64,000 bases of DNA from Octopus sinensis. Its lineage: Eukaryota. Shown piece after piece: positions 52,961 to 64,000 of the stretch; the first letter of the stretch is position 1; the number at the start of each line of letters is the position of its first letter. Made by a program: the position numbers and the translations under genes. The stretch covers positions 15,314,001-15,378,000 of the forward strand of contig NC_043016.1 in NCBI RefSeq assembly GCF_006345805.1, in the 5' to 3' direction. Below the pieces are notes generated by a model. It did no database searches, was not told the origin of the DNA, and saw nothing but the letters and a program-made list of their open reading frames with translations.

Positions 52961-54444
52961 GTTGATGCCAGTGTCATGTGACTGACACCTAAAAAACACC
53001 CATAACACTTGAATACTTTTTGGCATTAAGAAGGGCTGTTGAAACCGAACCCAGGTAAAAACGTCACACGAGTTTTGTCGGAGGAGGGGGATAGTCAGAG
53101 GGGGTTTTGTCCTAGGGGAATGATGATGATACATATCTATATATAACATATATGCATGTATATGAGATAAGTGTTCATAAAAAAAAAATCTGTATTTTGC
53201 AAATGAGGAATTTAGCAAAATAAATGATGTAATGCCAATGAATTAAAATATGTGTAAATATATATAAAAACTGGATACTGGACTAATTATTACAATCCAT
53301 ATATTTTTAAAATTACATTTTTCCTAATTTAAAAAAAAAATATTGTTTTATTAACGTTCCACATTTATTTACTCTTCTTATCCAATTTTCTAATTTAAAA
53401 GTGTGTGAGCTTGACCCAATTTGATATTTCAAAAAGCAAAAGACTTCAATAGCAATAAAAATGAAAGTTACTGAAAATCACATAAATAGGTGTAAATATC
53501 AAAAAAGATTTGTGGAAAATTTCAGTTCTAATTAAATTAAAATTAAATTGACATAATTACATTTATTTTTACCCCACAATATTTTCAAATATTTCCCAAT
53601 CAATTTCTTTTTATATAGAGGTTGTTTTACAGGATTTCTAAGAATCCATGGATCCAATTTTCTTTATCAGTTTATTTTTTGGTTTATAATGATAACAAAA
53701 TTTATCGTATTAGTCTAAGTTTCATAGTAAAAATTTCTCTCTACAAATTATAACCAATATTTAGCTTTAGATCTAATTGATCCGGCATTGAATCATTTTC
53801 ATTCAATTCCTTTCCTTCTCGCATTATAATTATCAATCAGAGTGGGTCAATGAGGTGTGCTGCAGGTTCTTCTACAATTTAGTGGGGAAGTCTTGTGTTT
53901 ATATTTCAAATTTTTGATTTTGTTAACTCTTTGAACTTTAAAAGCAAATTTCTTTAAAAGTTTTTTGAAATATAATTTTCCTTTTCACAAAATTTCCTGA
54001 TAGAACATTGGACAGAAGATTATTTCACTTTAATGGAAAAGCAAAATCTTTTGTAATAGATTATAAAAAAGATGACTAAATCTATGTAATTTGATGGGTT
54101 TTTGTGCTGAAAATAGTAAAAACACACAAAATAGGTAACTGTATATAGGTAAGAAATTTAGCAAAATGTTTGATGTGATTCCAATAAATGAAAACATATA
54201 AATAGAAAGCGGACTCTGTCCTTATCTTTAAAATGATTTTGTTTCACTTGTCACTTAACCAATTTTCTGCTTTAAAAGTGTGTGAGCTTGACCCAATTTA
54301 GATATGTCTGATTTGACAGCACTAGTATGTATACTTATTTTCCATTATTAAGTTTTTAGGTAAATAAGTTTAATTATCTAATAATTAAGTGTCATAATTA
54401 TTAATTTTTTTTTTTTTTCTCTTTTTCTTTTTCCAACCAAACAG

Positions 54445-54498
54445 TATAAAACTCTAAAAGATCAGCTGGAAAGTGATTTTCCTGGTCAACTTGAGTTT
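54445..54498 (+). CDS. SELENOW: Selenoprotein W-like gene, coding exon 3 (54 nt; YKTLKDQLESDFPGQLEF)
   Basis: Long poly-T acceptor ...ttccaaccaaacag and donor |gtgagt at 54499; phase 0/0; resembles SelW YLQLKKKLEDEFPGRLDI. Confidence 0.92.
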
Positions 54499-54924
54499 GT
54501 GAGTATTTAAACATATTTTAAAAAAAATTTTCATTCGTGTTTCATAATTTGAAATGTTTTAATCTTTAGTTTTTTTCTAGCTTTTACTTGTTTCAGGCAT
54601 CAGAGTGTGGCCATGCTGGAGCACTATTGTGTGAGGTTTGGTTGAAACGTTCCCCACCTTGTACTTATTTTTAAAGTCTTGTCCTATTGGTATCATTTTG
54701 CTGAATCTCTAAGTCAACAAACCAGCACCAGTTGTCACGTATTGGGAAGAGCAGACACAAATGCACACACATACACAGCAGGCTTCTTTCAGTTTTCATC
54801 CACCAAATCCATCCACAAGGCTTTAGTTGGGCCATGGCTGTAGAAGAAGACTCTTGTTCAAGGCATGATCCAGTAGGACACAACCAAAGACCATATAGTT
54901 GAGAAGCAAGAAATCTGTGGACTT

Positions 54925-55600
54925 TACACGACAGAGTATAAGCACCCTGAGAGAAAAGTTGGACACAAGAAGCATCAGATGTGGTGTGCAAGAGTGACGA
55001 CTGCACTGGTATGGTCATGTGTTGCGAATGGATGAGGATAACTGTGTGAAAAGGTGTCACACAGTAACAGTGGAAGGAATCTGTGGAAGAGGTAGAGCCA
55101 AGAAGACATGAGATGAGGTGGTGAAGCATGACCATTGAATGTTGGGTCTCATAAAGGCAATGACAAGCGATTGAGACATTTGGAGATATGCTGTGATTGA
55201 AAAGACCCAGCAAGTCAAGTGAGACTGTAGCTGATGCTAGTGTCACATAAACGGTCCATTTAAAAGTACCTTTCAATTGTCAGGCAATATGCTGTGCTTG
55301 AGAAGACCTGTTAATTCAAGTGTAGTGGCCAATGCCAGTGCTCTCTGACTGGTACCTGTGCTGGTGGCGTGTAAAAAGCACCATTTGAGCATGGTTGATG
55401 CCAGTGCTGCCTGACTTGCCCCCGTGCTGGTGGCATATAAAAAGCACCCACTACACTCTCAGAGGGCTTGGTGTTAGGAAGGGTATCCAGTTATAGAAAC
55501 CTTGCCACACCAGATTGGAGCCTGGTGCAACCTCCTGGCTTGCCAGTCCTCCATCAAACCATTCAACACATGCCAGCATGGAAGACGGACGTTAAATGAT
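54925..55600 (+). mobile_element. RTE LINE 3' fragment plus family C UTR
   Basis: LHWYGHVLRMDEDNCVKRC...GRGRAKKT followed by the UTR. Confidence 0.8.
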
Positions 55601-55978
55601 AATATATATATCAGTTAAATATAAGGATAAAATCTATATAAGATTTTATCAAGTAGCCAGCATGTAAAACCAATTAAGGTAAAAAGATTAATACTAAGTG
55701 TATAATTTTTTTTATAAGATACGTTATTAAAGGGATGCTAAACTCAAACTCCACTATCAAAATATACACAGCACGTGTATATTTTGATAAAGTAGTTTGA
55801 CTTTAGTGTCCCTTTCCAGCGTGTGGCTTTAATTATAGTAACAACCCTTAATGTAATATGTACATATATATACACACACACATGCACACATCGGTGCTGC
55901 AAAGCTTGCACTGATGTGTGTAACATATATGAAGCAGGCTAAAAGTGATGTGGCCCACTACCAAATATAGTGTATAGA

Positions 55979-57195
55979 TGTAATGCTTAAAAGTTCTCAT
56001 GGAGTAGTTGGTGAACATCGAAGAATCAACGTCAAGAACGAAGAAATATTATTTGCATATATTTGTTTGTTTGCCCAACACGTAGCTAAAAAGACAGTAG
56101 TAATTGTAGTGATAGTGATAGAAAAGTTGGCTTGCTGGTTAGTAGCTAATAGTGTAGAAAAAGATTGTCTGTCAGTAGAGAGTGAAAGAGTAAGGAATGT
56201 ACAGTGCTGACCAGAAAGGATAAAGGTGGTGTAAACGACCGTGCAAAGTGAGGTGACGAGAATTGCTCCTTTGTACATCACATGGCTGATACAATATATA
56301 TGAAAAGAATAAATGCGTATGTGTGCCAGAAGGAAAAGAGAGACACAACCGGGTGGAATGTTTAAGAGAAGATTTTATTGATAGGTAAACGTGTGTGTAC
56401 GTCATATATGCATAATAATAGACAGGCCGTCAAGAGAACAAAATGTGTGTGTGTACAAACACAGATGTATGCGTGTGCGATAAATACAGAGCATTGAAAG
56501 AGTCTGTAATATGACGTTAGAAGAATGTTCAGACACAAGGATGACAAATACCAGTTCGTAGTCAAGGGACACGATAGTTGAAATGCTGTATCAAGAAGTT
56601 GTGGCGATAATGCAGAGTCAGAGCGGTACGTATTGTACAAAGTTGTGGCTATAATGCTGCTGCCTGGGTTCCTTGGTACAGGAGTTCTCACAGGTTGTAT
56701 TTGCTGCTAACCATGGTGAAGTAATTCACAAACAGTGCAGTGTTGGAACCTGTGCGAGTACATTGCTTGTTGCTGTGTACGTAGAGAGATGATGTTGATG
56801 TTAGGACGAATGGTGGCGACAGAGATGGAGGTCCTGAATGCTGCTGGACAAAGTTGATGAGTCTCCATGTGACTGCTGTTGTGTTGTCGCTGGAACTGGC
56901 TGTGTCCTGTGTGGTCAGTGACTAGACCTCAAAAGGTCTGGAACCGAAAGACCTCAACTCGATGTGAAGCTAGAGTTTTATAGGGTGCAGTCGGCTCACT
57001 GAAGGTTTAGAAGAGACTGTCTCACGTGACCTTATCAGAAGGCTGCGATTGGTTGGGTTGCATATTGGCGCGCAATAGAGCAAGAGACAAATTGCGCCAA
57101 TACCAACCAATCAGAGTAGTGGACACAACAGGGTCCAAAAGGGTGGCCGAAGGCTAGCTGTCATCTACTACGTCTGTATTTATGTATATATAACA
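55979..57195 (-). mobile_element. Possible solo LTR with internal promoter
   Basis: TG...CA ends; CCAAT boxes, CACGTG and minus-strand TATAAAA (~56980); AATAAA (~56375); imperfect TSD. Confidence 0.35.
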
Positions 57196-58149
57196 GAGAG
57201 AAAGAAATTTGCTTCAAGCGTATGCTACAGTGGCATTGGCTTTCTTGTGGCCGAAAGGAAAGTGCTGACCTTTCTCCTTGGCCTGACTGACACAAAAGAG
57301 AAAGAGATAGGAAATGTTCTCTGTTATATAGACTATGGTCAGTAATGTAGGTCAAATCTTAAACAAAGGACTGACTTTCCTTGACCAGTACAGGTCCTAG
57401 GGGTCAAGTGTTTTCTCATCAGTCATCTGATGTGGAAAGGATTTCCTGCTCGTTTTGACAAGCAACAAGCGAATGGATTTGGTTTCAAATCTCCAGCAGG
57501 GCAAAGCGAGGTCCCTACATATATATATATATATAGCAGTGATTGTGAACCTATTCACCTGAAAGTGTGCAAGTACACAGATATTATTGGATCATATTAA
57601 TGCAAGAATGTGTATAGTATATGAAGCAAAACACTCAGCAATTACCAGCTGATACTAATTACCAGAAGCAATTGTAGTAGGTATCACTATTAATTTTTGA
57701 AAATTTTAAAATGTAATTCCTACTGTACTCTTTCTTGGATTGCATCCAAAAGAAACATTCTGATGCCTGATTTATGAAATTCAGGTGAACATAAAAGGAA
57801 ATATGACAATTTGAACGGTCAGCAAAATGTTCAAAATCTTGCCTCATTAACTTAAATGAATAATTAGCCATATTTTTTAAATGTCATATCTTAGAAACTG
57901 AGGTGATAATCTTCATCTCTGGAATGATTTTGGCCAATTTTGTTTGCACTATGGGTTCAAAAACGATGGGAAAAATTTTTTGGTTAAAAAAAAAATTTGA
58001 AAATATTTTCAAATGAAAAGATGTGTGATTTAAGGGAAATTTAACTTGTTTCTAGCACATCCCACAACCACTTGATATCTTTCTCGGAATTGCATGTAGA
58101 CCTAAATTAAAAAGCAAATTGAATGTGAAAAACTAATTCTATCTCTTCC

Positions 58150-58670
58150 ACAGTTTCCCTCAACCGCTAGAGTGTAGCACTTTTTCACATAGCTATCCTC
58201 ATCCATTCTCGCCACATGACCATACCAGCACAATCGTCTCTCTTGCACACATCTCAGTAGTCACGGCCCATGTTTCACTGTCATGTAGCATGGCTGTTTG
58301 TACACATGTCATACAGTCTATATTTTACTCTGAGCGAGAGGCCCTTTGTCACCAGCAGAGGTAAGAGCTCTCTGAACTTTGCCCAGGCTATTCTTATTCT
58401 AGCAGCTACACTTTCAGAGCACTCTCCCCTGCTACTGACTTGGTCACCTAGGTAACGGAAGCTATCAACTACTTGTAGTTTTTTTCCATGGAATGTGAAA
58501 GAAGTTGTTCTCTGCACATTTTCAGTGTTTATTGTTCCTGAGCATCTGCCACATACAAAAACTATCTTCCCAGTTAGCCTTCCTTTGATATTGCTGCACC
58601 TGTTATGTGTCCATAGCTTACACTGGGTACATCTTATAGAGTTTCTACCTACACCTTTTCTACAGATCGA
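58150..58670 (-). mobile_element. RTE LINE fragment
   Basis: SICRKGVGRNSIRCTQCKLWTH...FRYLGDQVSS...AWAKFRELLPLLV. Confidence 0.88.
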
Positions 58671-60599
58671 AGAAGATGAAACTATTGAAACTATATTTAC
58701 ACATTGACATGGTAATGAAATCGACAGAATAATGAAAAGAACTAATAAGGGGTTTATGATCTGTGCAGAAATAGAAGAGTAGACGAACAAGATTGAAAAA
58801 AATGAAGCTTCTTATCTGAGCATCTTCTGAGATTTGTATCGTTTTGGCAGAGGTATTAAAAGCTCATGTAGGGGAATCCGAGTGCGTGCACTAGTTTATA
58901 TAGGGTGGAGGAAGTCTTGGTGAACCAAGTGGTAATTAGAAGAGAGACAGAGTGAGGCAGAGCGAAAGAGGGTGTGTGTTTTAAATTCGGTTTTTGTCCT
59001 TGTTAACGGGGGTGGGGGTGGTGTGCAGATCTACCTTGATACCATAGCAACTGAGGTAGGCAGGTGCAGCCCACTCCAACCTTTGGGCTGGCTGGTGTCC
59101 ATTCTCCTTTGCTATTATGAGGCTTTTTTGGAGCTGGATTTTTCTATGGGGTGCATGCCCTTGCTTACCTCCAACCTCAGTTTCTAGACATGAGTGGTCC
59201 TGAGACCAAGGCATCTATCAGGATTTTTAAGAAATATGGTGGCAAACTAGCTCAGGCAGGCAGGGATGCTACTCCATGAGACCCCTTTCGGAGCACCCCC
59301 TACCTAAATATATAAAATATAAGGATACAATATATATAAGATTTTATCAAGTAGCTAGTGTGTAAACCAATTAAGGAAAAAAAAATTAATACAAGGTATC
59401 TAATTTTTTTTCCTTTATATATGAAATACATTATGATACCAAGGGTATTATAATATCAGTCCCATTAAAGCATGTGGCTTTTATGCACAGTAATAGCTCT
59501 TGATATTATAATGTGTGTGTGTGTGTAAACTATTTAAGATATACACATATGTGTATTTGTACATACAAGTAAAATATATACATTTCTACACACATAATTT
59601 CTACAGATATATTAAGTACATTTTTACACATATGAATGTTGTAAGCACACGTCCATATAAATACGGAGTGAATATAATGCACATATATATATATGGCATT
59701 ATTATATATATTCATCATCATCATCATCATTTAGCGTCCGTTCTCCATGCTAGCATGGGTTGGACGGTTCAACTGGGGTCTGTGAAGCCAGAAGGCTTCA
59801 TCAGGCCCAGTCAGATCTGGCAGTGTTTCTACGGCTGGATGCCCTTCCTAATGCCAACCACTCCGTGAGTGTAGTGGGTGCTTTTTACGTGCCACCCTCA
59901 CAGGTGCCAGACAGAGCTGGCAAACGGCCACGAACGGATGGTGCTTTTTATGTGCCACCGGCACGAGGGCCAGGCGAGATATATATATTATAGATTTGCA
60001 TGGAGCATTCATAAACATTTGTTACTCGTCATTTGTGGGTGCACAAATACATGGAACTAAATCTCCATAACAGAACAGCAAAATATGGTTATCAAGGGAA
60101 ACAACCACTGCTCAAGTTTCGAGATAATTACCTGCCCTTGTCTGTGCATTTTGTTTTTATGTTCTGTGAAAAGTACAATGGAGGGGAGAAGGATGTAAGA
60201 TTTTTTTTTCCTTTTTAATTCAAGTTACAAATGTTTCACAATGTAGAATACAAAAAAAAAAGGACAGAAAATTACGAAAAAGAAATATATATAATTTTAG
60301 TGGTGGTTGTTGTTCCAAAAGCATGATATGTGTGAGGGGAAGGAAGAGGACAGAGACGAACAATTAAAAGACCTGGATTTTTAAAACCTGTTTTAAGAAA
60401 GCTTCCCTTCATTGTTTTGCAATAATCCTGACAAAATTGGGGAAATTCCAACGTATATGGGACAGCTATTTCAAAAGAATTCCTTTTCTCCATCAGATGA
60501 CAACATACAAGTTCTGGTCGTCTCATAGGTCTTTGCAATAGCAAGAACTAGTTCTTCTGGAATGCCATATACTCGAAGGAACTTCAGTATTTTGTAATA

Positions 60600-61030
60600 A
60601 TGGGTGCTGTTGAATCCGTTACTGAAGTTCATGAAGGTTATAATGGCAACCTTGATTTAACTGCTGTGATATGACTCAGGGCTAAGAAAGATGTTGTGGA
60701 TCTCCTTGGTCTAAATCCATTTTGATTTGGTCCCAGATGGCTATCAAGCACCAGTTTAATCCTGTTGAAAGTCATTTGGTTGATCTCTTTGAATGAGATA
60801 TTGGACAATGCAATTCCTCTGTAGTTAGTTTCATTGTTGAGGTTTCCTGACTTTGGGATTGGTATCAAGTCAATCTTGGACCACTGATCTGGACATATTT
60901 TGGTCCTGCAAGATCTTGTTGGCAAAATTCAGTATTATTTCATCCAGATTGCACCTCTTGATAACTTTAGAGATAAATTCGTCAGGGCCAGCAGCAACTT
61001 TTCCTCCTTTCATTCTACTCTTGGCACTCT
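60600..61030 (-). mobile_element. LINE RT N-terminal fragment (RTE-like)
   Basis: KVAAGPDEF, PDQWSKIDLIPIPKSGNL...NYRGIAL, QNGFRPRRST. Confidence 0.85.
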
Positions 61031-61379
61031 GAATACAAATACATTGACAAATAGTCCACATATTGTTGCCGGTGTTGTTGCATGTTGTAGCTTACTGTAA
61101 CGGATTTGTAAACATGTGCTACAGACCCCACCCACTTCACTGATATGTCACCTTCTCTATGACTTAAGTTTTTTGTAATCTTCTCATTTTATTATATAAT
61201 TCACCCAATGCCCCTGGGAGGGAACATTATAGATTTTTATTGAAATTCAATTAGCCTGTTATTGAACTGGATCTTAGTATAACATGTATGAAAAGTTTTG
61301 TGAATGTTTGTTCGGTGGTTTAGGCATTAAGTTAGTAACAGAGAGACAGAAAGACAGACAAATTGCCATTTATATATTA

Positions 61380-61780
61380 CTCTTTACTCTTTTACTTGTT
61401 TCAGTCATTTGACTGCGGCCATGCTGGAGCACCGCCTTTAGTCAAGCAAATCGACCCTGGGACTTCTTTGTAAGCCCAGTACTTATTCTATCAGTCTGTT
61501 TTGCCGAACCGCTAAGTGACGGGGACGTAAACACACCAGCATCGGTTGTCAAGCAATGCTAGGGGGACAAACACAGACACACAAACACACACACGCATAC
61601 ATATATATACATATACATATATACGATAGGCTTCTTTCAGTTTCCGTCTACCAAATCCACTCACAAGGCATTGGTCGGCCCAGGGCTATAGCAGAAGACA
61701 CTTGCCCAAGATGCCACGCAGTGGGACTGAACCCGGACCCATGCGGTTGGTAGACAAGCTACTTACCACACAGCCACTCC
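61380..61780 (-). mobile_element. SINE family B
   Basis: Near-identical reverse complement of 41962-42350. Confidence 0.88.
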
Positions 61781-61811
<31 letters not shown>

Positions 61812-61819
61812 CACGCATG

Positions 61820-61881
<62 letters not shown>

Positions 61882-62804
61882 CACACACACATATTCAGAC
61901 ACACACATACATATACATACATATGTACATGAATATGTATATGTGTATATAGATGTGTATAGATGTATATATGTGTATGTGTGTGTATGTATATGTGTAT
62001 ATTATCTATATGTAAATATATGTACATATGTGTGTGCGTATATGTATATATGTGTTTATATATACCTGTATATATACATATATGTATATACGTGTGAGTG
62101 TGTGTGTATATATATATATATATATACACACACATCATCATCATCATTATTTAGCATTCATGTTTGTTCCATGTCTACATGGGCTAGGTGGTTTGACAAG
62201 GTTTCAGTGAGTCAAAGAACAGCATCATGCTCCAATGTCTGCTTTGTCATGGTTTCTATAGCTGGATATTCTTCCCAATGCCAACCACTTTATGGAGTGT
62301 ACTGAATGCCTTTCGCATACCCCTGGCGCTAATGAGGTCACTATGTAGTTCACAAAACATCAATCCCAATGGAAGGAAGATGTTGCCTCTGTGTGCTAGG
62401 TGGGCAGGGTAAGGAATGGAAGAGAAGAGGTCGGAGTAGAGCAAGTTCATGCAGTTGAGGATCTCCATGTCTACTCACATGTAGGGGTAAGAGAGTGAGA
62501 ATGAATTAGAGGTGGCACCATGGAAATAGACAGTGGTGATGAGGTTTCCAGGTTGCTCCTCGGGTAGCAGGTGTAGTAGTGCTTGGTGGAATGGTTGGGT
62601 TTCTGGAGTGTGTTGGGGGAAAGAGATATGGGGAGTGGCAGAAGGAGGCAGGCAACGTCTGTAAGGATTGAAAGGAGAGGTTTACAAGTTGGGGAGATCA
62701 CAGGGATAGTAACAGCATGGTTCAAGAGAAGGAGAGAGAGAGAGAGAGAGAGGACATTCGGATAGGTTACAGGAGCAGAGTAGTATGTACATATAGGGGC
62801 AGGC

Positions 62805-63200
62805 ATGGCTGTGTGGTAAGAAGCTCACTTCCCAACCATATGGTTCTGGGTTCAGTCCCACCATGTGGCACCTTTGGCAAGTGTCTTCTACTATATCCTC
62901 GGGTCGACCAAAGCCTTGTGAGTGGATTTGGTAGACAGGATTTGAAAGAAGCCTATCATATATAAATGTGTATGTGTGTCATTGTGTCTGTTTGTCCCCT
63001 CCTCCCCATCACTTGACAATCAATGCTGGTGTGATTATGTCCTCGTAATCTAGCAGTTCAGCAAAAGTGACTGATAACATGTGTACTACACTTATAAAGA
63101 ATAAGTCCTCGAATCAATTTCTTTGACTAAAACCCTTTGAGGTGGTGCTCCAACATGGCCACAGTCAAATGACTGAAACAAGTAAAAAAATAAAAGAATA
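62805..63200 (+). mobile_element. SINE family B (older copy)
   Basis: Diverged match to 41962-42350. Confidence 0.8.
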
Positions 63201-63208
63201 TATATATA

Positions 63209-63780
63209 TAGGTTGCAGTGAAATAAACTGTTGTCTAAATTATGCAAAAATGAAAATAACACATCTCATTTTAGCATAAAAATATCTTGAAATACTAAAG
63301 AGCAAATTTGTTTAATAAAATCGCCACTGGCTTCAACCATGGCCTCCAGACGGCTTCAGAATTTCCAGCAACTCTTCTGGATGGTCTCCTTGTTTAAGTT
63401 GGTGAATGCTGCCATAATTCTTGCCTTCAGTTCATCTTTGGGGTTACAAGGAGTTTTGTTACTCTTGATCAACTGCACCCCACACATAATAATCAAAGAG
63501 GTTGCAATCTGGGGAGTTAGGTGGCCAGGGTGATGTTGTCACAGAAATTGTCTGACAGCCATGACTGGGTTCTGTTTGTGTGGTATGGTGCAGTCCTGTT
63601 ACCCACTCTTGACCCAGGGCAGCACTTCCTCCTCCAGGCACTTGATGTAGACCTCCATGTCGAGTCTGAAGCCATGTGGGAAGATGAAAGGAGGCATAGC
63701 ATTGCCATCACTAGTGATCACTCCAAATACCACTATGTTGACTGGATGTTTGATTTTTTTCTATCACTCTCGGTACATGT
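63209..63780 (-). mobile_element. maT/DD37D-like transposase relic
   Basis: WPPNSPDCNLFDYYVWGAV motif. Confidence 0.75.
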
Positions 63781-63874
63781 CCTCAGATTGACACACAAAC
63801 ACATGTTCATCTTAGAGCTTCTGGCATGAATACCAAGCAGTACAGCTTGTCGTTTCCAAATTTCTGGTGGAGTG

Positions 63875-63995
63875 AATTACGTCATGGTGCTGTTTTGTTC
63901 ACAAATGGTGCCCACCTGACCCTACCATACTGTTAAAATTACGTCATGGTGCTGTTTTGCTCACAAATGGTGCCCACCTGACCCTACCATACTGT
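63875..63995 (+). repeat. Tandem duplication, 62-bp period, 2 copies
   Basis: aattacgtcatggtgctgttttg(t/c)tcacaaatggtgcccacctgaccctaccatactgt occurs twice. Confidence 0.9.
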
Positions 63996-64000
63996 GTAGT

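Noticed and set aside
54499-64000. SelW exon 4 and SECIS
   Set aside because: No GEGT/FEV/HSKK-type exon with splice sites was found by eye. The GEG at ~60185 lacks an acceptor and the downstream motif. These parts are probably outside the window.

Overview
AT-rich, repeat-dominated animal genomic DNA. The SINE/RTE/microsatellite landscape suggests a coleoid cephalopod such as Octopus (inference). Nearly all ORFs in the supplied track are microsatellite or transposon artefacts. The only host gene I can support is absent from the ORF track: a + strand selenoprotein W-like gene with three tiny coding exons (29693-29739, 40526-40550, 54445-54498). They splice in frame to MSDSGRKRLKIHVVYCGA(U)GYAKKYKTLKDQLESDFPGQLEF, with an in-frame TGA (Sec) at 40533-40535. 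The remaining exons and the SECIS are not visible and are presumably beyond the right edge. The second notable signal is about ten minimal type-I hammerhead ribozyme motifs (CTGANGA...GAAAC...GTH with short palindromic stem III) from several unrelated sequence families. One lies downstream of a Penelope GIY-YIG relic and one sits in the tail of a tRNA-headed SINE. The rest of the window is RTE, CR1/L2-like and RLE LINE fragments, SINEs, decayed Tc1/mariner/maT transposons, MITEs, a Helitron, large microsatellites and several long inverted repeats. Repeat boundaries are approximate, and family names come from motif recognition, not database searches.
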